A stretch of DNA of 64,000 bases, taken from positions 10,097 through 74,096 of the IMG/VR virus record IMGVR_UViG_3300032304_000721. The stretch is one strand, 5' to 3'. The position numbers were made by a program, and so were the translations under genes. The notes under the pieces are model-generated. The model was given only the letters and a program-made list of their open reading frames with translations, ran no database searches and had not been told where the DNA came from. Below are positions 47,647 to 56,671 of the stretch, in pieces (position 1 is the stretch's first letter; every line of letters begins with the position of its first letter). This stretch comes from a virus.

Positions 47647-48104
47647 GTTGGAGATCGTTACAAATAAAACAAAATGCTTGTACACAAGATCAAGTAGTTT
47701 TGAATTTATTTAAAAATAAAACAGTTCGTTATGTGGGGAAAGATTTAGAGTTTGCATCCAAATTAAATGTAGATGTTGACGCAAGACATCTTGTTGCAAT
47801 AATAAATTCTCCATTTTGGTTATCTGCCTGTATAGATTATGTTAAAAGTTTATTGGAAATTGGCCAATTTGAAACTTTTTATATTGGCATCAATAGATAT
47901 TGGATCCTCGGGAACGATACCAATTTAAAATTTGATCCAAGTTGTGACAGTGGAGCACACATAATAAATTTGTTGTCACAAATAGCAACAGCACAAGGAT
48001 ATACTGTAAAACAATCTAGTTATTTTGACGAAGATTTAGGAAGACATATGAATTTTGTACAACCGGTGACCTGGGTATATGGAACATCAACCGTTAACAT
48101 TTAA
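47643..48104 (+). CDS. Hypothetical protein
   Basis: 153-aa AT-rich ORF, ATGA-coupled to gp47. Confidence 0.65.
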   Translation: MSWRSLQIKQNACTQDQVVLNLFKNKTVRYVGKDLEFASKLNVDVDARHLVAIINSPFWLSACIDYVKSLLEIGQFETFYIGINRYWILGNDTNLKFDPSCDSGAHIINLLSQIATAQGYTVKQSSYFDEDLGRHMNFVQPVTWVYGTSTVNI

Positions 48105-48678
48105 AGCAATCAATCGCAGTCCAGACTCATTTTATAGACACGTATATCCAGTTCTTAAAATGAAAAAAGACGAGTTGATCGATCTTGAAACTCTGTATAG
48201 CAATAAAAAAATTGTTATTGTGGATAGCTGTGGGTGGGTTTATCAAACGATGTTTCCTAATTCTGACATATACAAAATCGAAGGCATAGATATGTGTAAA
48301 AATGTATCAATGACTCAAGAAAAACTTGATTGTCTATTTGATGATAGAGATTTTAAAAATCAAAAATTTCCTAATAGGCCGTTTGATGGTTCTGTTCTTA
48401 TTATTGATCACAGCCCATTGATGAAATATCGTAACGGCAAACAAATACGTAAAATTTTTAACGATTTAGCGCAGAGCATTCGACCTGAATTATTTCACAT
48501 TCGCATGCTGTTAGACACCACCGACGATTATAGATTTGATAATCGTATATTAGAACTTGTCAACATTGTTCCTGATAACTACGTCACAACAGAATTTTTG
48601 TTTTTTCTCGACGTGGGAAATCGCAAATTAGTTGCTAAATTTAAAAGATTAAAAAATTATGCACCAGATTTCAATTGA
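48079..48678 (+). CDS. Hypothetical protein
   Basis: 199-aa AT-rich ORF overlapping both neighbours. Confidence 0.65.
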   Translation: MEHQPLTFKAINRSPDSFYRHVYPVLKMKKDELIDLETLYSNKKIVIVDSCGWVYQTMFPNSDIYKIEGIDMCKNVSMTQEKLDCLFDDRDFKNQKFPNRPFDGSVLIIDHSPLMKYRNGKQIRKIFNDLAQSIRPELFHIRMLLDTTDDYRFDNRILELVNIVPDNYVTTEFLFFLDVGNRKLVAKFKRLKNYAPDFN

Positions 48679-49519
48679 CTTTGTGGCCGGCAGTCACGGT
48701 AATTTTTTGGAATTTGTATGCAACAAGTTTCTCGCTAAACTCGATATAACTTTTAAGCCTTTTGATTCCTTGGGTGCTAGCCACGTTAAAACTCAAGATT
48801 ATTTGGACAACAGAGTGTTTCTTGCCGATCACTATGTGTTACAAAGACATCAGTTGGCTAGACAAATTATAAGAATAACCTTTGATGAAGATGACCTGTT
48901 GCAGTTATCATCAGTGTGTTTTTTGCGTGCCGGTAATGCCAACATAGATCACAATCTCTTAGAACACAACACCTACAACAAGTTACACAATTCCTACTAT
49001 AAAAATTTAATCAAAGAGATCACACAGGCGTATCCAAGTATTGTATTGTCTATTGATTCTCCAGATTGTCCAAGATATATTTTAAGAGAGTTTTTTAAAT
49101 TTGGATTTAGAGATCATCAAACACACGGATTGTTGTTAGAATTAAATAAAATGAATTACGGTCCGGACCATCAAGTGTTTGACTTTGCCTTTGAAAAGTT
49201 TTATAATACAGAAATGTTTGTTGACCAAATAAAAGCACTGGCAAAATGGTATGATACCAACATACAAAATGTTGATGGACTTGTTGAATTACATCAACAG
49301 TTTTTGGACAAACAAATTTTTAAAAACAGTAAAATTCAAGCAGACAGTGTGATCGGCGCTGTTCAACAAAGACAAGAAGTGCCAATCTCTAAATTGAGTT
49401 TATTACAAGAAAGTTATATCAACGGTGTGTTAGAACGCATGTACAATATCGAAATGCCGTTTGTGCAACCAGTGTATTTTTCTAACACCACCCAAATAAT
49501 AAAACACTTAGGTCTATGA
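48659..49519 (+). CDS. Hypothetical protein, possibly sulfotransferase-fold
   Basis: N-terminal strand-loop-helix IDFVAGSHGNFL; weak resemblance only. Confidence 0.4.
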   Translation: MHQISIDFVAGSHGNFLEFVCNKFLAKLDITFKPFDSLGASHVKTQDYLDNRVFLADHYVLQRHQLARQIIRITFDEDDLLQLSSVCFLRAGNANIDHNLLEHNTYNKLHNSYYKNLIKEITQAYPSIVLSIDSPDCPRYILREFFKFGFRDHQTHGLLLELNKMNYGPDHQVFDFAFEKFYNTEMFVDQIKALAKWYDTNIQNVDGLVELHQQFLDKQIFKNSKIQADSVIGAVQQRQEVPISKLSLLQESYINGVLERMYNIEMPFVQPVYFSNTTQIIKHLGL

Positions 49520-50262
49520 TTGATACAACTGACGATCGACGGTTATTGGGAGTAGCAAACTTATATGGTAAATCTACATTTGACAAGTTTCAAAAGTCGC
49601 ACGTGATAGTTGTTGGGCTAGGTGGCGTGGGATCGTGGTCTGCCGAAGCATTGGTTCGCAGTGGCATTGGAAAAATAACATTGATTGATTTTGACCATGT
49701 GTCGGTTAGCAATACCAATCGACAACTACATGCCACCCAAGGCGAATATGGTAAATCAAAAGTATCAGCTATGCGTGAACGACTGTACACTATCAATCCT
49801 GATATTGATATTGTTTCTATAGACGATTTTGTCACGGCCGAGAATGTAAACCAACTTTTGCCCAATGGTGCATCTGTAATCGATGCCACTGATTCGGTTG
49901 CAAGTAAAATAGCAATGGCGGTACGGACGCGAGAAACCAAATCTAACTTTGTCATGTGTGGCAGTGCCGGCGGCAAAAAAGATCCTAGCAAACTTACAGC
50001 TGGTGATCTAGCAAAAGCTATACAAGATCCGTTGTTGTCAAAAGTTAGAGCCAGTCTAAGAAAAGATTTTCAATTCGAAAAGAATGTCAAGAAAAAAATT
50101 AAAATACATACAATATATTCTCAAGAACATAGATCTCCTGCGGTTCCTGGTGGGTTATCGTGCCACGGATATGGGTCTGTTGTTACGGTCACCGCCACCA
50201 TGGGACTCTATGCAGCAGCTATCATATTAAATCAACTCAGCATACAAAATGATACAAATTAA
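49516..50262 (+). CDS. tcdA: tRNA threonylcarbamoyladenosine dehydratase (ThiF/E1-like)
   Basis: GLGGVGSWSAEALVRSG, SNTNRQLHA, GSAGGKKDP, DPLLSKVRASLRK, CHGYGSVVTVTATMG: TcdA-type C-terminal half. Confidence 0.85.
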   Translation: MIDTTDDRRLLGVANLYGKSTFDKFQKSHVIVVGLGGVGSWSAEALVRSGIGKITLIDFDHVSVSNTNRQLHATQGEYGKSKVSAMRERLYTINPDIDIVSIDDFVTAENVNQLLPNGASVIDATDSVASKIAMAVRTRETKSNFVMCGSAGGKKDPSKLTAGDLAKAIQDPLLSKVRASLRKDFQFEKNVKKKIKIHTIYSQEHRSPAVPGGLSCHGYGSVVTVTATMGLYAAAIILNQLSIQNDTN

Positions 50263-52012
50263 AAACCTTACTGTAAAAAACTTCATGAGTGTGGGCAATA
50301 GCACACAGGCCATTGATTTTAATCGACAGGATCTTACCCTGGTGTTGGGAGAGAATCTGGATCTGGGCGGTGATGGCAGCCGTAACGGCACAGGCAAGAC
50401 CACAATCATCAATGCTCTTAGCTACAGTCTATATGGACAAGCACTTAGTAATATCCGCAAGGATAATCTTGTAAACAAAACCAACAATAAAAACATGTTG
50501 GTCAGTTTAGATTTCAGTGTGGGCGGTAAAGATTACAAAATTGAGCGTGGTCGTAAACCTAACTTGCTAAGATTCTTTGTAAACAATCAAGAACAAGTGG
50601 TCACAGACGAAGCACAAGGTGACAGCAGAGAAACACAGGATGCAATTGAGCAAACTCTAGGCCTGAGTCACGACATGTTCAAACACATACTAGCACTTAA
50701 TACTTACACAGAACCTTTCCTAAGTCTTAAAGCAAACGATCAGCGTACCATTATCGAGCAGTTGTTGGGCATTACCATGCTGAGTGAGCGTGCCGACCGA
50801 ATCAAAGAGCATAATAAAGCTACCAAAGAAGGCATCACACAAGAAGAATTTAGAATTCGTGCTGTTCAAGAAGCTAACAAACGTATTGAAGAACAGATTG
50901 AATCATTAAAGCGTAGACAAACATTATGGACCACCAAACATGGCGAAGATATCACGGAACTTGAGAAAGCCCTTAAGGCGTTACAGAATATACAGATTGA
51001 AAACGAGATTGCGGCGCACCAAGATCACAAGGCGTGGGATCAAAAAAGAAAGGATATCAATGAACTATCTGGTCAGATCTCAAGAATCAAATTGGATATT
51101 AATCGGGAAGAAAAGCTGGCGGCCAAATTATCAAAAGAAATCGAAACGCTTGAGAATCATGAATGTCATACGTGTGGGCAGGCCTTCCACGACAGTAAGC
51201 ACGAACAAGTTTTGGAAAGCAAAAAGACGGAGTTGGCTACAGCTCGACAGAGTGGCACGGAATATAGCACCCTCTTATCAGAATTGGAGACTGCCCACAC
51301 AGACTTGGGCACGCTAGGAAAACCGCCCACAATGTTTTACGATAAAGAGTCGGATGCTATACAACATCAAGCCACTTTGTCTAATTTAGAACAACAAATC
51401 TCTACCAAACAAATAGAAACAGATCCATATGCAGAACAGATTACAGAAATGCAACAACAAGCCTTACAGGAGGTAACATATGACACACTTAATGAGCTTA
51501 CTAGGTTGCAAGAACATCAAGAATTCTTGCTCAAACTACTCACCAGCAAAGACAGCTTTATCCGTAAAAAGATTATTGAACAAAATCTTAGCTATCTAAA
51601 TGCTCGACTCACACACTACTTGGATCGTGTGGGCTTGCCGCACACTGTGGTATTCCAAAATGACTTGACTGTCAGCATTGAAGAGCTGGGACGTGAGTTA
51701 GACTTTGATAATTTGAGCCGCGGTGAGCGTAATCGTTTAATTCTTTCTATGAGCTGGGCATTTCGTGATGTGTTTGAAAGTTTATATCAACCTATTAACT
51801 TGTTGTTTATAGACGAGATGATTGACAATGGATTGGATACGCAAGGTGTAGAAAATGCCCTAGCTTTGCTCAAACACATGAGTCGTGAACAACACAAGAG
51901 TATTTGGCTAGTAAGTCATAGAGACGAACTTGCTGGGCGTGTAGAAAATATTCTCAAGGTCATCAAAGAAGGTGGATTTACAAGTTACAATACGGATGTA
52001 GATATTGTTTAA
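50249..52012 (+). CDS. gp46: Recombination ATPase subunit, gp46 (Rad50/SbcC-like)
   Basis: Walker A NGTGKTT, zinc hook CHTC, signature LSRGE, Walker B LFIDE, H-loop LVSH. Confidence 0.95.
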   Translation: MIQIKNLTVKNFMSVGNSTQAIDFNRQDLTLVLGENLDLGGDGSRNGTGKTTIINALSYSLYGQALSNIRKDNLVNKTNNKNMLVSLDFSVGGKDYKIERGRKPNLLRFFVNNQEQVVTDEAQGDSRETQDAIEQTLGLSHDMFKHILALNTYTEPFLSLKANDQRTIIEQLLGITMLSERADRIKEHNKATKEGITQEEFRIRAVQEANKRIEEQIESLKRRQTLWTTKHGEDITELEKALKALQNIQIENEIAAHQDHKAWDQKRKDINELSGQISRIKLDINREEKLAAKLSKEIETLENHECHTCGQAFHDSKHEQVLESKKTELATARQSGTEYSTLLSELETAHTDLGTLGKPPTMFYDKESDAIQHQATLSNLEQQISTKQIETDPYAEQITEMQQQALQEVTYDTLNELTRLQEHQEFLLKLLTSKDSFIRKKIIEQNLSYLNARLTHYLDRVGLPHTVVFQNDLTVSIEELGRELDFDNLSRGERNRLILSMSWAFRDVFESLYQPINLLFIDEMIDNGLDTQGVENALALLKHMSREQHKSIWLVSHRDELAGRVENILKVIKEGGFTSYNTDVDIV

Positions 52013-52970
52013 TTATCGTATAGTACACCTCGAAATTAGTAGTAAATGTGTGCTAAAGTGTCCACGGTGCCCTCGAACAGAATTAAATTTAGATCGATTA
52101 AACCAAGAGATAACACTTGCAGATTTTAAATCTGGATTTCCTGTAGATGTATTATCTCAAATTGAATATTTTATATTTTGTGGGGATATTGGCGATCCTA
52201 TATATGCTACAGAATTTTTAGAAATTATTGAATATGTCAAACAGCATGGCCAAACTCGCATAAAAATCATAACCAATGGCAGTTATAAAAAAGCCGATTG
52301 GTGGCAAAGATTAGGACAGCTATTAGACCATAACGATCTAGTAACATTTAGTGTCGATGGGTGGGACAATGAATCCAATAATCGATATCGAGTTAATAGT
52401 GATTTTGAAAGTATCATACTAGGCATCAACACTTTACGAGCATCAAGTGAGTGCCTGATACAATGGTCAGCAATATATTTTGCATTCAACCAACATAAAA
52501 TTAGCAACATGCAAGAATTTGCAAAATCGTTAGGATGTAATCAGTTTCAAACCGTTAAAAGTTCAAAATTTGATGGCAGATATATGTTAGGCAATGTTGA
52601 TCCATTGAAACCTGCTAGTCAACTGGTTGCCTCTACCCTGGTCTACGAAACCAATATAGAGATATTAAATTCTAGTAAATACATATCTATTGTTCCAGCA
52701 ACACCTGTTTACCCACACCAATGGGCCAAGTGTTTAAATTATAAAAAAGAGTTGTTTATTGGAGTTGATGGGGTCGTAGCACCTTGTCCTTGGTTTAACA
52801 ACAGTTATCAAGACAATAGTTTTATAAAAACATATCGCAATTGTTTGTCAATTAAAAATCGATCATTCTTTGAAATACTTAATGATGTTGAGTTGTGGAA
52901 TCAACTAGTAACAAGTTTTGATACTGATCCTTTAGAAATTTGTCAACTAAAATGTAAAAATGCCCAATAG
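52005..52970 (+). CDS. Radical SAM protein with C-terminal SPASM/twitch-like domain
   Basis: CVLKCPRC, GDIGDP, TNGS; C-terminal KC...DGVVAPC...CQLKC. Confidence 0.9.
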   Translation: MFNYRIVHLEISSKCVLKCPRCPRTELNLDRLNQEITLADFKSGFPVDVLSQIEYFIFCGDIGDPIYATEFLEIIEYVKQHGQTRIKIITNGSYKKADWWQRLGQLLDHNDLVTFSVDGWDNESNNRYRVNSDFESIILGINTLRASSECLIQWSAIYFAFNQHKISNMQEFAKSLGCNQFQTVKSSKFDGRYMLGNVDPLKPASQLVASTLVYETNIEILNSSKYISIVPATPVYPHQWAKCLNYKKELFIGVDGVVAPCPWFNNSYQDNSFIKTYRNCLSIKNRSFFEILNDVELWNQLVTSFDTDPLEICQLKCKNAQ

Positions 52971-54273
52971 TAAAATATTTTGTAATATTCCTTGGTTTGA
53001 AATAAACATTAATCATGATGGTAGTTATGATTTATGTGGCTGTCAGAATGATAAAATTGTTGGTACCAAGCAAGGACAAATTTATAATATTAAAAAAATT
53101 CCAATAAAAGAATATTGGAACGGCCCTCGACTACAAGAAGCACGGTTAAGAAAATTAGGCGACACACCAGATTCTATGTGCAAGATGTGTCAACAAAAAG
53201 AATCTATTGGGTATGAAAGTAATAGAATAAAAGAAAATCTTAAATCTGTAATTTTTAAAGAATCGTTTGATCGTAGTTTTCAACAAAGTCCAAATTATCA
53301 ACATTTTGAATATAGCAAAAACAACAACGGTCTTACTAATTCTCATATACACAGCTTACACGTAAATCTTGGCAATACGTGTAACTTTGCTTGCCGCATG
53401 TGTAGTCCGTTTGCTAGTACCCGACTACAAACTGAATTTTTGCAATTAGGATGGATGCAACTCGAAGACAAGTTTACGCATTGGGCCGAGACTGATGCAG
53501 GGTGGACTAATTTTTTAAATTTCTTAGAACACCAAGCTCAAAACATTAAAGTTATACATATCATTGGCGGCGAAGTTGAGTTCATGCCCAAATTTGAATT
53601 TCTAATAGATTACTTTATTCAGCGTGGTCTGGCAGCCACTGTTAACATTAGTTTCACTTCTAATGGCAGTGTAAACTACTCAAAATATTTTGAAAAATTA
53701 AGTCAATATAAAAAATGCGAAATTGGAATTAGTATTGAAAGTGTTGATCCCATCGGCGACTATATTAGACAAGGTGGCGATATCAAAAGTATATTAAAAA
53801 ATATACAAACTATGAACCAGAATAAGCACAACAACATGCAGTTAATCATTAGAACTGTTCCTAGTTTATTAAGTCTACCATCTTATGTCAATTTAATAAA
53901 ATGGGCATTAGACATGAAATTACCTATAGATAATAGTGTGTTGGTTAGCCCGGCATGGCAACAGGCTATTCTGTTGCCCAATAATATTAAAACAAAAATT
54001 ATTAGCAGTATATCAAAAATGCTCACTGAGTTGCCAGCAGCGGATAATAAATTTAATAATCAAAAAGATCCAAATAATATTACTGTTAGTATTCGTAACG
54101 AATGTGAAAGTATTATACGGCTAGCTCAACAACTTGCACCGCCCGATGCTGATGTACTTCGCCGTCAATGCGCAGAAAAACTAAGTCAATGGGATCAAAT
54201 GAAACAAATTAGTATTCAAGCATATTCTCAGGATCTTTATAATTTTTTATTAGAGTTTGGGTACCATGCGTGA
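52960..54273 (+). CDS. Radical SAM protein with N-terminal SPASM/twitch-like domain
   Basis: CNFACRMC, IIGGE; N-terminal CNIPW...LCGC...CKMC. Confidence 0.9.
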   Translation: MPNSKIFCNIPWFEININHDGSYDLCGCQNDKIVGTKQGQIYNIKKIPIKEYWNGPRLQEARLRKLGDTPDSMCKMCQQKESIGYESNRIKENLKSVIFKESFDRSFQQSPNYQHFEYSKNNNGLTNSHIHSLHVNLGNTCNFACRMCSPFASTRLQTEFLQLGWMQLEDKFTHWAETDAGWTNFLNFLEHQAQNIKVIHIIGGEVEFMPKFEFLIDYFIQRGLAATVNISFTSNGSVNYSKYFEKLSQYKKCEIGISIESVDPIGDYIRQGGDIKSILKNIQTMNQNKHNNMQLIIRTVPSLLSLPSYVNLIKWALDMKLPIDNSVLVSPAWQQAILLPNNIKTKIISSISKMLTELPAADNKFNNQKDPNNITVSIRNECESIIRLAQQLAPPDADVLRRQCAEKLSQWDQMKQISIQAYSQDLYNFLLEFGYHA

Positions 54274-54736
54274 TGTTAAATTGGAATTAGTGATTGACCC
54301 GTTATACTGGGCAGATGCTCCAGAAATTCAAATTGACTTTAACCAAGTGCCGATAGTTAAAACAACACTTACTAAAGTAGAAAGATTTAATTGGATATTT
54401 GCTGCTAACGAGGTTAATCGTTTAAGTGTATTTTTTTTAAACAAAACAGATAATGATACTGTTGGAACATTAGACAAAGCGATTATTATCAAAGAAATTG
54501 GAATAGAAGGGTTTAAATATCCAAGTTTTTTACACCGTAGTCAGTATTGTCCCAATTATTCTATAGGATATTACAATTATGCTAAAGAAAACAATCTCAC
54601 AGTTGAACCGATAATACACTCTAATTATTTAGGATTTAACGGCGAATGGTTTTTAGAATTTACTTGGCCTACATTTACTTGGATTTACGAAACCGAAACT
54701 AAAAATTTAGGGTGGATCTATGAAAAAAATATATGA
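54266..54736 (+). CDS. Hypothetical protein
   Basis: ORF track 54257..54736; ATG at 54266 overlaps upstream stop. Confidence 0.6.
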   Translation: MRDVKLELVIDPLYWADAPEIQIDFNQVPIVKTTLTKVERFNWIFAANEVNRLSVFFLNKTDNDTVGTLDKAIIIKEIGIEGFKYPSFLHRSQYCPNYSIGYYNYAKENNLTVEPIIHSNYLGFNGEWFLEFTWPTFTWIYETETKNLGWIYEKNI

Positions 54737-54764
54737 TTGAGAGACTTGTGATAACTACTAATCC

Positions 54765-55193
54765 ATGGTATGGCTGTATGAAAACACTCAAATTGAAACA
54801 TTACCCGATGACTGTGTCGGCTTTGTGTATCTAATCACAAACAATGTAACAGGCAAAAAATATATTGGTAAAAAATTAGCAAAGTTTAGCAAGACAACAT
54901 ACAAAGTAGTAAAATTAAAGAACGGCAACAAAAAACGTAAACGAATTAAGAGCAAAATAGATTCAGACTGGCAGCTATACTATGGAAGCAACGATCAACT
55001 CAACCGAGACATTCAGGCGCTGGGCGCCGACAACTTCACAAGAGAAATATTATTTTATTGCACATCAAAGGCAGCTTGCAGTTACATAGAAGCTAGAGAA
55101 CAATTTAATCATAGAGTATTAGAGTCAGATGACTACTACAACGGGCAGATAGTTTGCCGTATACATGGTAGTCACATAAAAAACAAAATTTAA
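54765..55193 (+). CDS. Short GIY-YIG endonuclease
   Basis: GFVYLITN...KYIGKK, YYGS, REIL, E and YYN; catalytic domain only. Confidence 0.88.
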   Translation: MVWLYENTQIETLPDDCVGFVYLITNNVTGKKYIGKKLAKFSKTTYKVVKLKNGNKKRKRIKSKIDSDWQLYYGSNDQLNRDIQALGADNFTREILFYCTSKAACSYIEAREQFNHRVLESDDYYNGQIVCRIHGSHIKNKI

Positions 55194-55199
55194 AATTTA

Positions 55200-55612
55200 G
55201 ATAGGCAGCTTTACTGACTCTGTGCTAGGCGATATGGCCTAGCCCCATCGAAGAACGGTGCAATACCCGGTCTGGAAAACTTTGGGCGTCAAAGGCAATT
55301 GCTAACTTAAGGCAACAAATGGTTTGAGCTCTGTAGAAAAAGATACAACTCATGCTTATAGGACTTGGATTTATTATTGGGTCACTAGGGTTCCGTTGAT
55401 ATGTGAAGCTAGAGTAGGGGGTACCGGTCAACCGCCTCCGTGTCGTAAGACAATCTCTTTATAATAAATGACTGCTGTCACTCGGATAATGTGAAAAGAG
55501 TCAATTCACCGTGCATACGGTGAATTGTGACCACATAATCTGGATAATGCGTAAGAAAAACAATGTGTCTGAGCTCTAGCGAAAGACACAGATTAGCGTA
55601 GCTAATCTTTAA
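55200..55612 (+). ncRNA. Candidate structured ncRNA (or structured DNA origin), family unknown
   Basis: About ten hairpins, including an 11-bp perfect stem (55502-55527) and a GTAA tetraloop (55441-55452), plus a 9-bp long-range helix (55369-77/55461-69), in the only long non-coding gap of the window. Confidence 0.55.
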
Positions 55613-55619
55613 ACATCAC

Positions 55620-55955
55620 TCAGAATGTATCGGGCCAGTCCCGAAATAGGGCATGCTGTATGTCTCCAGCAACAAACTGATTGAAGCTTTTGTGCTTGAC
55701 TTCAAGCTCTCCTTCTAACGGAGCAACACGTTTAAATGCTGAATCCATTTGTCCCATGTCTGTGAACTCCATTAGTATCATCCACTCGGGCATATCGGCA
55801 ATGCTTCGGAATCCCATTTTGCAACGAGTGATTCTATATGATTCCATTTTGCCTTCAACGATTAAATGATCAAAGAAACTTTTCATTCCGTTTACCCAGT
55901 CTAAGTCTGAGATGTCACCTTCTTTGTTTGCCCATATTGTGTATAAGTCTGCCAT
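55620..55955 (-). CDS. Small dimeric alpha/beta-barrel-like protein (DUF6614-like)
   Basis: YRITRCKMGF...PEWMILMEF...ALFRDWPD; AAGGA RBS. Confidence 0.6.
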   Translation of the reverse strand: MADLYTIWANKEGDISDLDWVNGMKSFFDHLIVEGKMESYRITRCKMGFRSIADMPEWMILMEFTDMGQMDSAFKRVAPLEGELEVKHKSFNQFVAGDIQHALFRDWPDTF

Positions 55956-55993
55956 TATTTTTTCCTTGAGTGGTAAAGTACATACATAATTAT

Positions 55994-56671
55994 ATGAAAA
56001 TTCAGTTCAGTCATAATTTTGGTCATCAAGAACAAGGTGAATGTTTTCACTTTGGGTGTAATCTAGTTGATGTTGCTCCAGAGGAATATGACACAGCTCT
56101 AGCCATGGGATTTTTACTCACAGTTGATCAAGGACAAGCACGTTGGTATCAAAGCCGCAGCTGTCGTGTGCGCACAGCTGGCACTGATTATGATCTGATT
56201 GAATCGGCACAAGTTATGAGCCGACCCTTGCCTGTGGCAGAAATGGATCACATCTACACTGCCTACTGCTACTATAAAAAGTTTAAAAAATATTTTGAAG
56301 TTGGTGAACATTTGCCTTTGGATCAGTTCATGGCCTATTACAACGACAACAAAGAAATGGTAGCTTGGGCGAAACTCAGGCACTATACTCCAAGATCAAT
56401 CGAAACAGCCTTGTTTGTGTGGGACTACAGCGTGCCTGCTAGTAGGTTAGGAAGTTGTAGTTTAGAACACGAAATTGCTTGGGCCAAACAAGCTGGCTAT
56501 GAATTTGTTTATCTAGGACCCGGGTACGAGCGCAGCAGTTTGTACAAAGCAGACATACAAGGATTTGAGTGGTGGGACGGAATAGAGTGGAATACTGACA
56601 CTGATCAATACCGTCAACTATGCCGACGTGATAGTAAGATTAAATCTGTCGCGGATCTTTACGATGTTTGA
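55994..56671 (+). CDS. Aminoacyl-tRNA-protein transferase-like (ATE/Bpt C-terminal GNAT domain)
   Basis: RLGSCSLEHEIAWAKQAGYEFVYLG...YK...FE matches the ATE_C/Bpt pattern; ATG at 55994 preferred over GTG at 55970. Confidence 0.7.
   Translation: MKIQFSHNFGHQEQGECFHFGCNLVDVAPEEYDTALAMGFLLTVDQGQARWYQSRSCRVRTAGTDYDLIESAQVMSRPLPVAEMDHIYTAYCYYKKFKKYFEVGEHLPLDQFMAYYNDNKEMVAWAKLRHYTPRSIETALFVWDYSVPASRLGSCSLEHEIAWAKQAGYEFVYLGPGYERSSLYKADIQGFEWWDGIEWNTDTDQYRQLCRRDSKIKSVADLYDV

Noticed and set aside
54765-55193. Classical mobile homing endonuclease
   Set aside because: Only 142 aa, lacks NUMOD/HTH DNA-binding extensions, and is not inside an intron.
55225-55431. 68-aa minus-strand ORF inside the structured element
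   Set aside because: Non-ATG start, no RBS, no motif; sequence is better explained by base-pairing.
55200-55612. Group I/II intron, tRNA, tmRNA, RNase P or retron RNA
   Set aside because: No interrupted host gene, no recognisable P7 or domain V core, no cloverleaf or T-loop, and no reverse transcriptase nearby.
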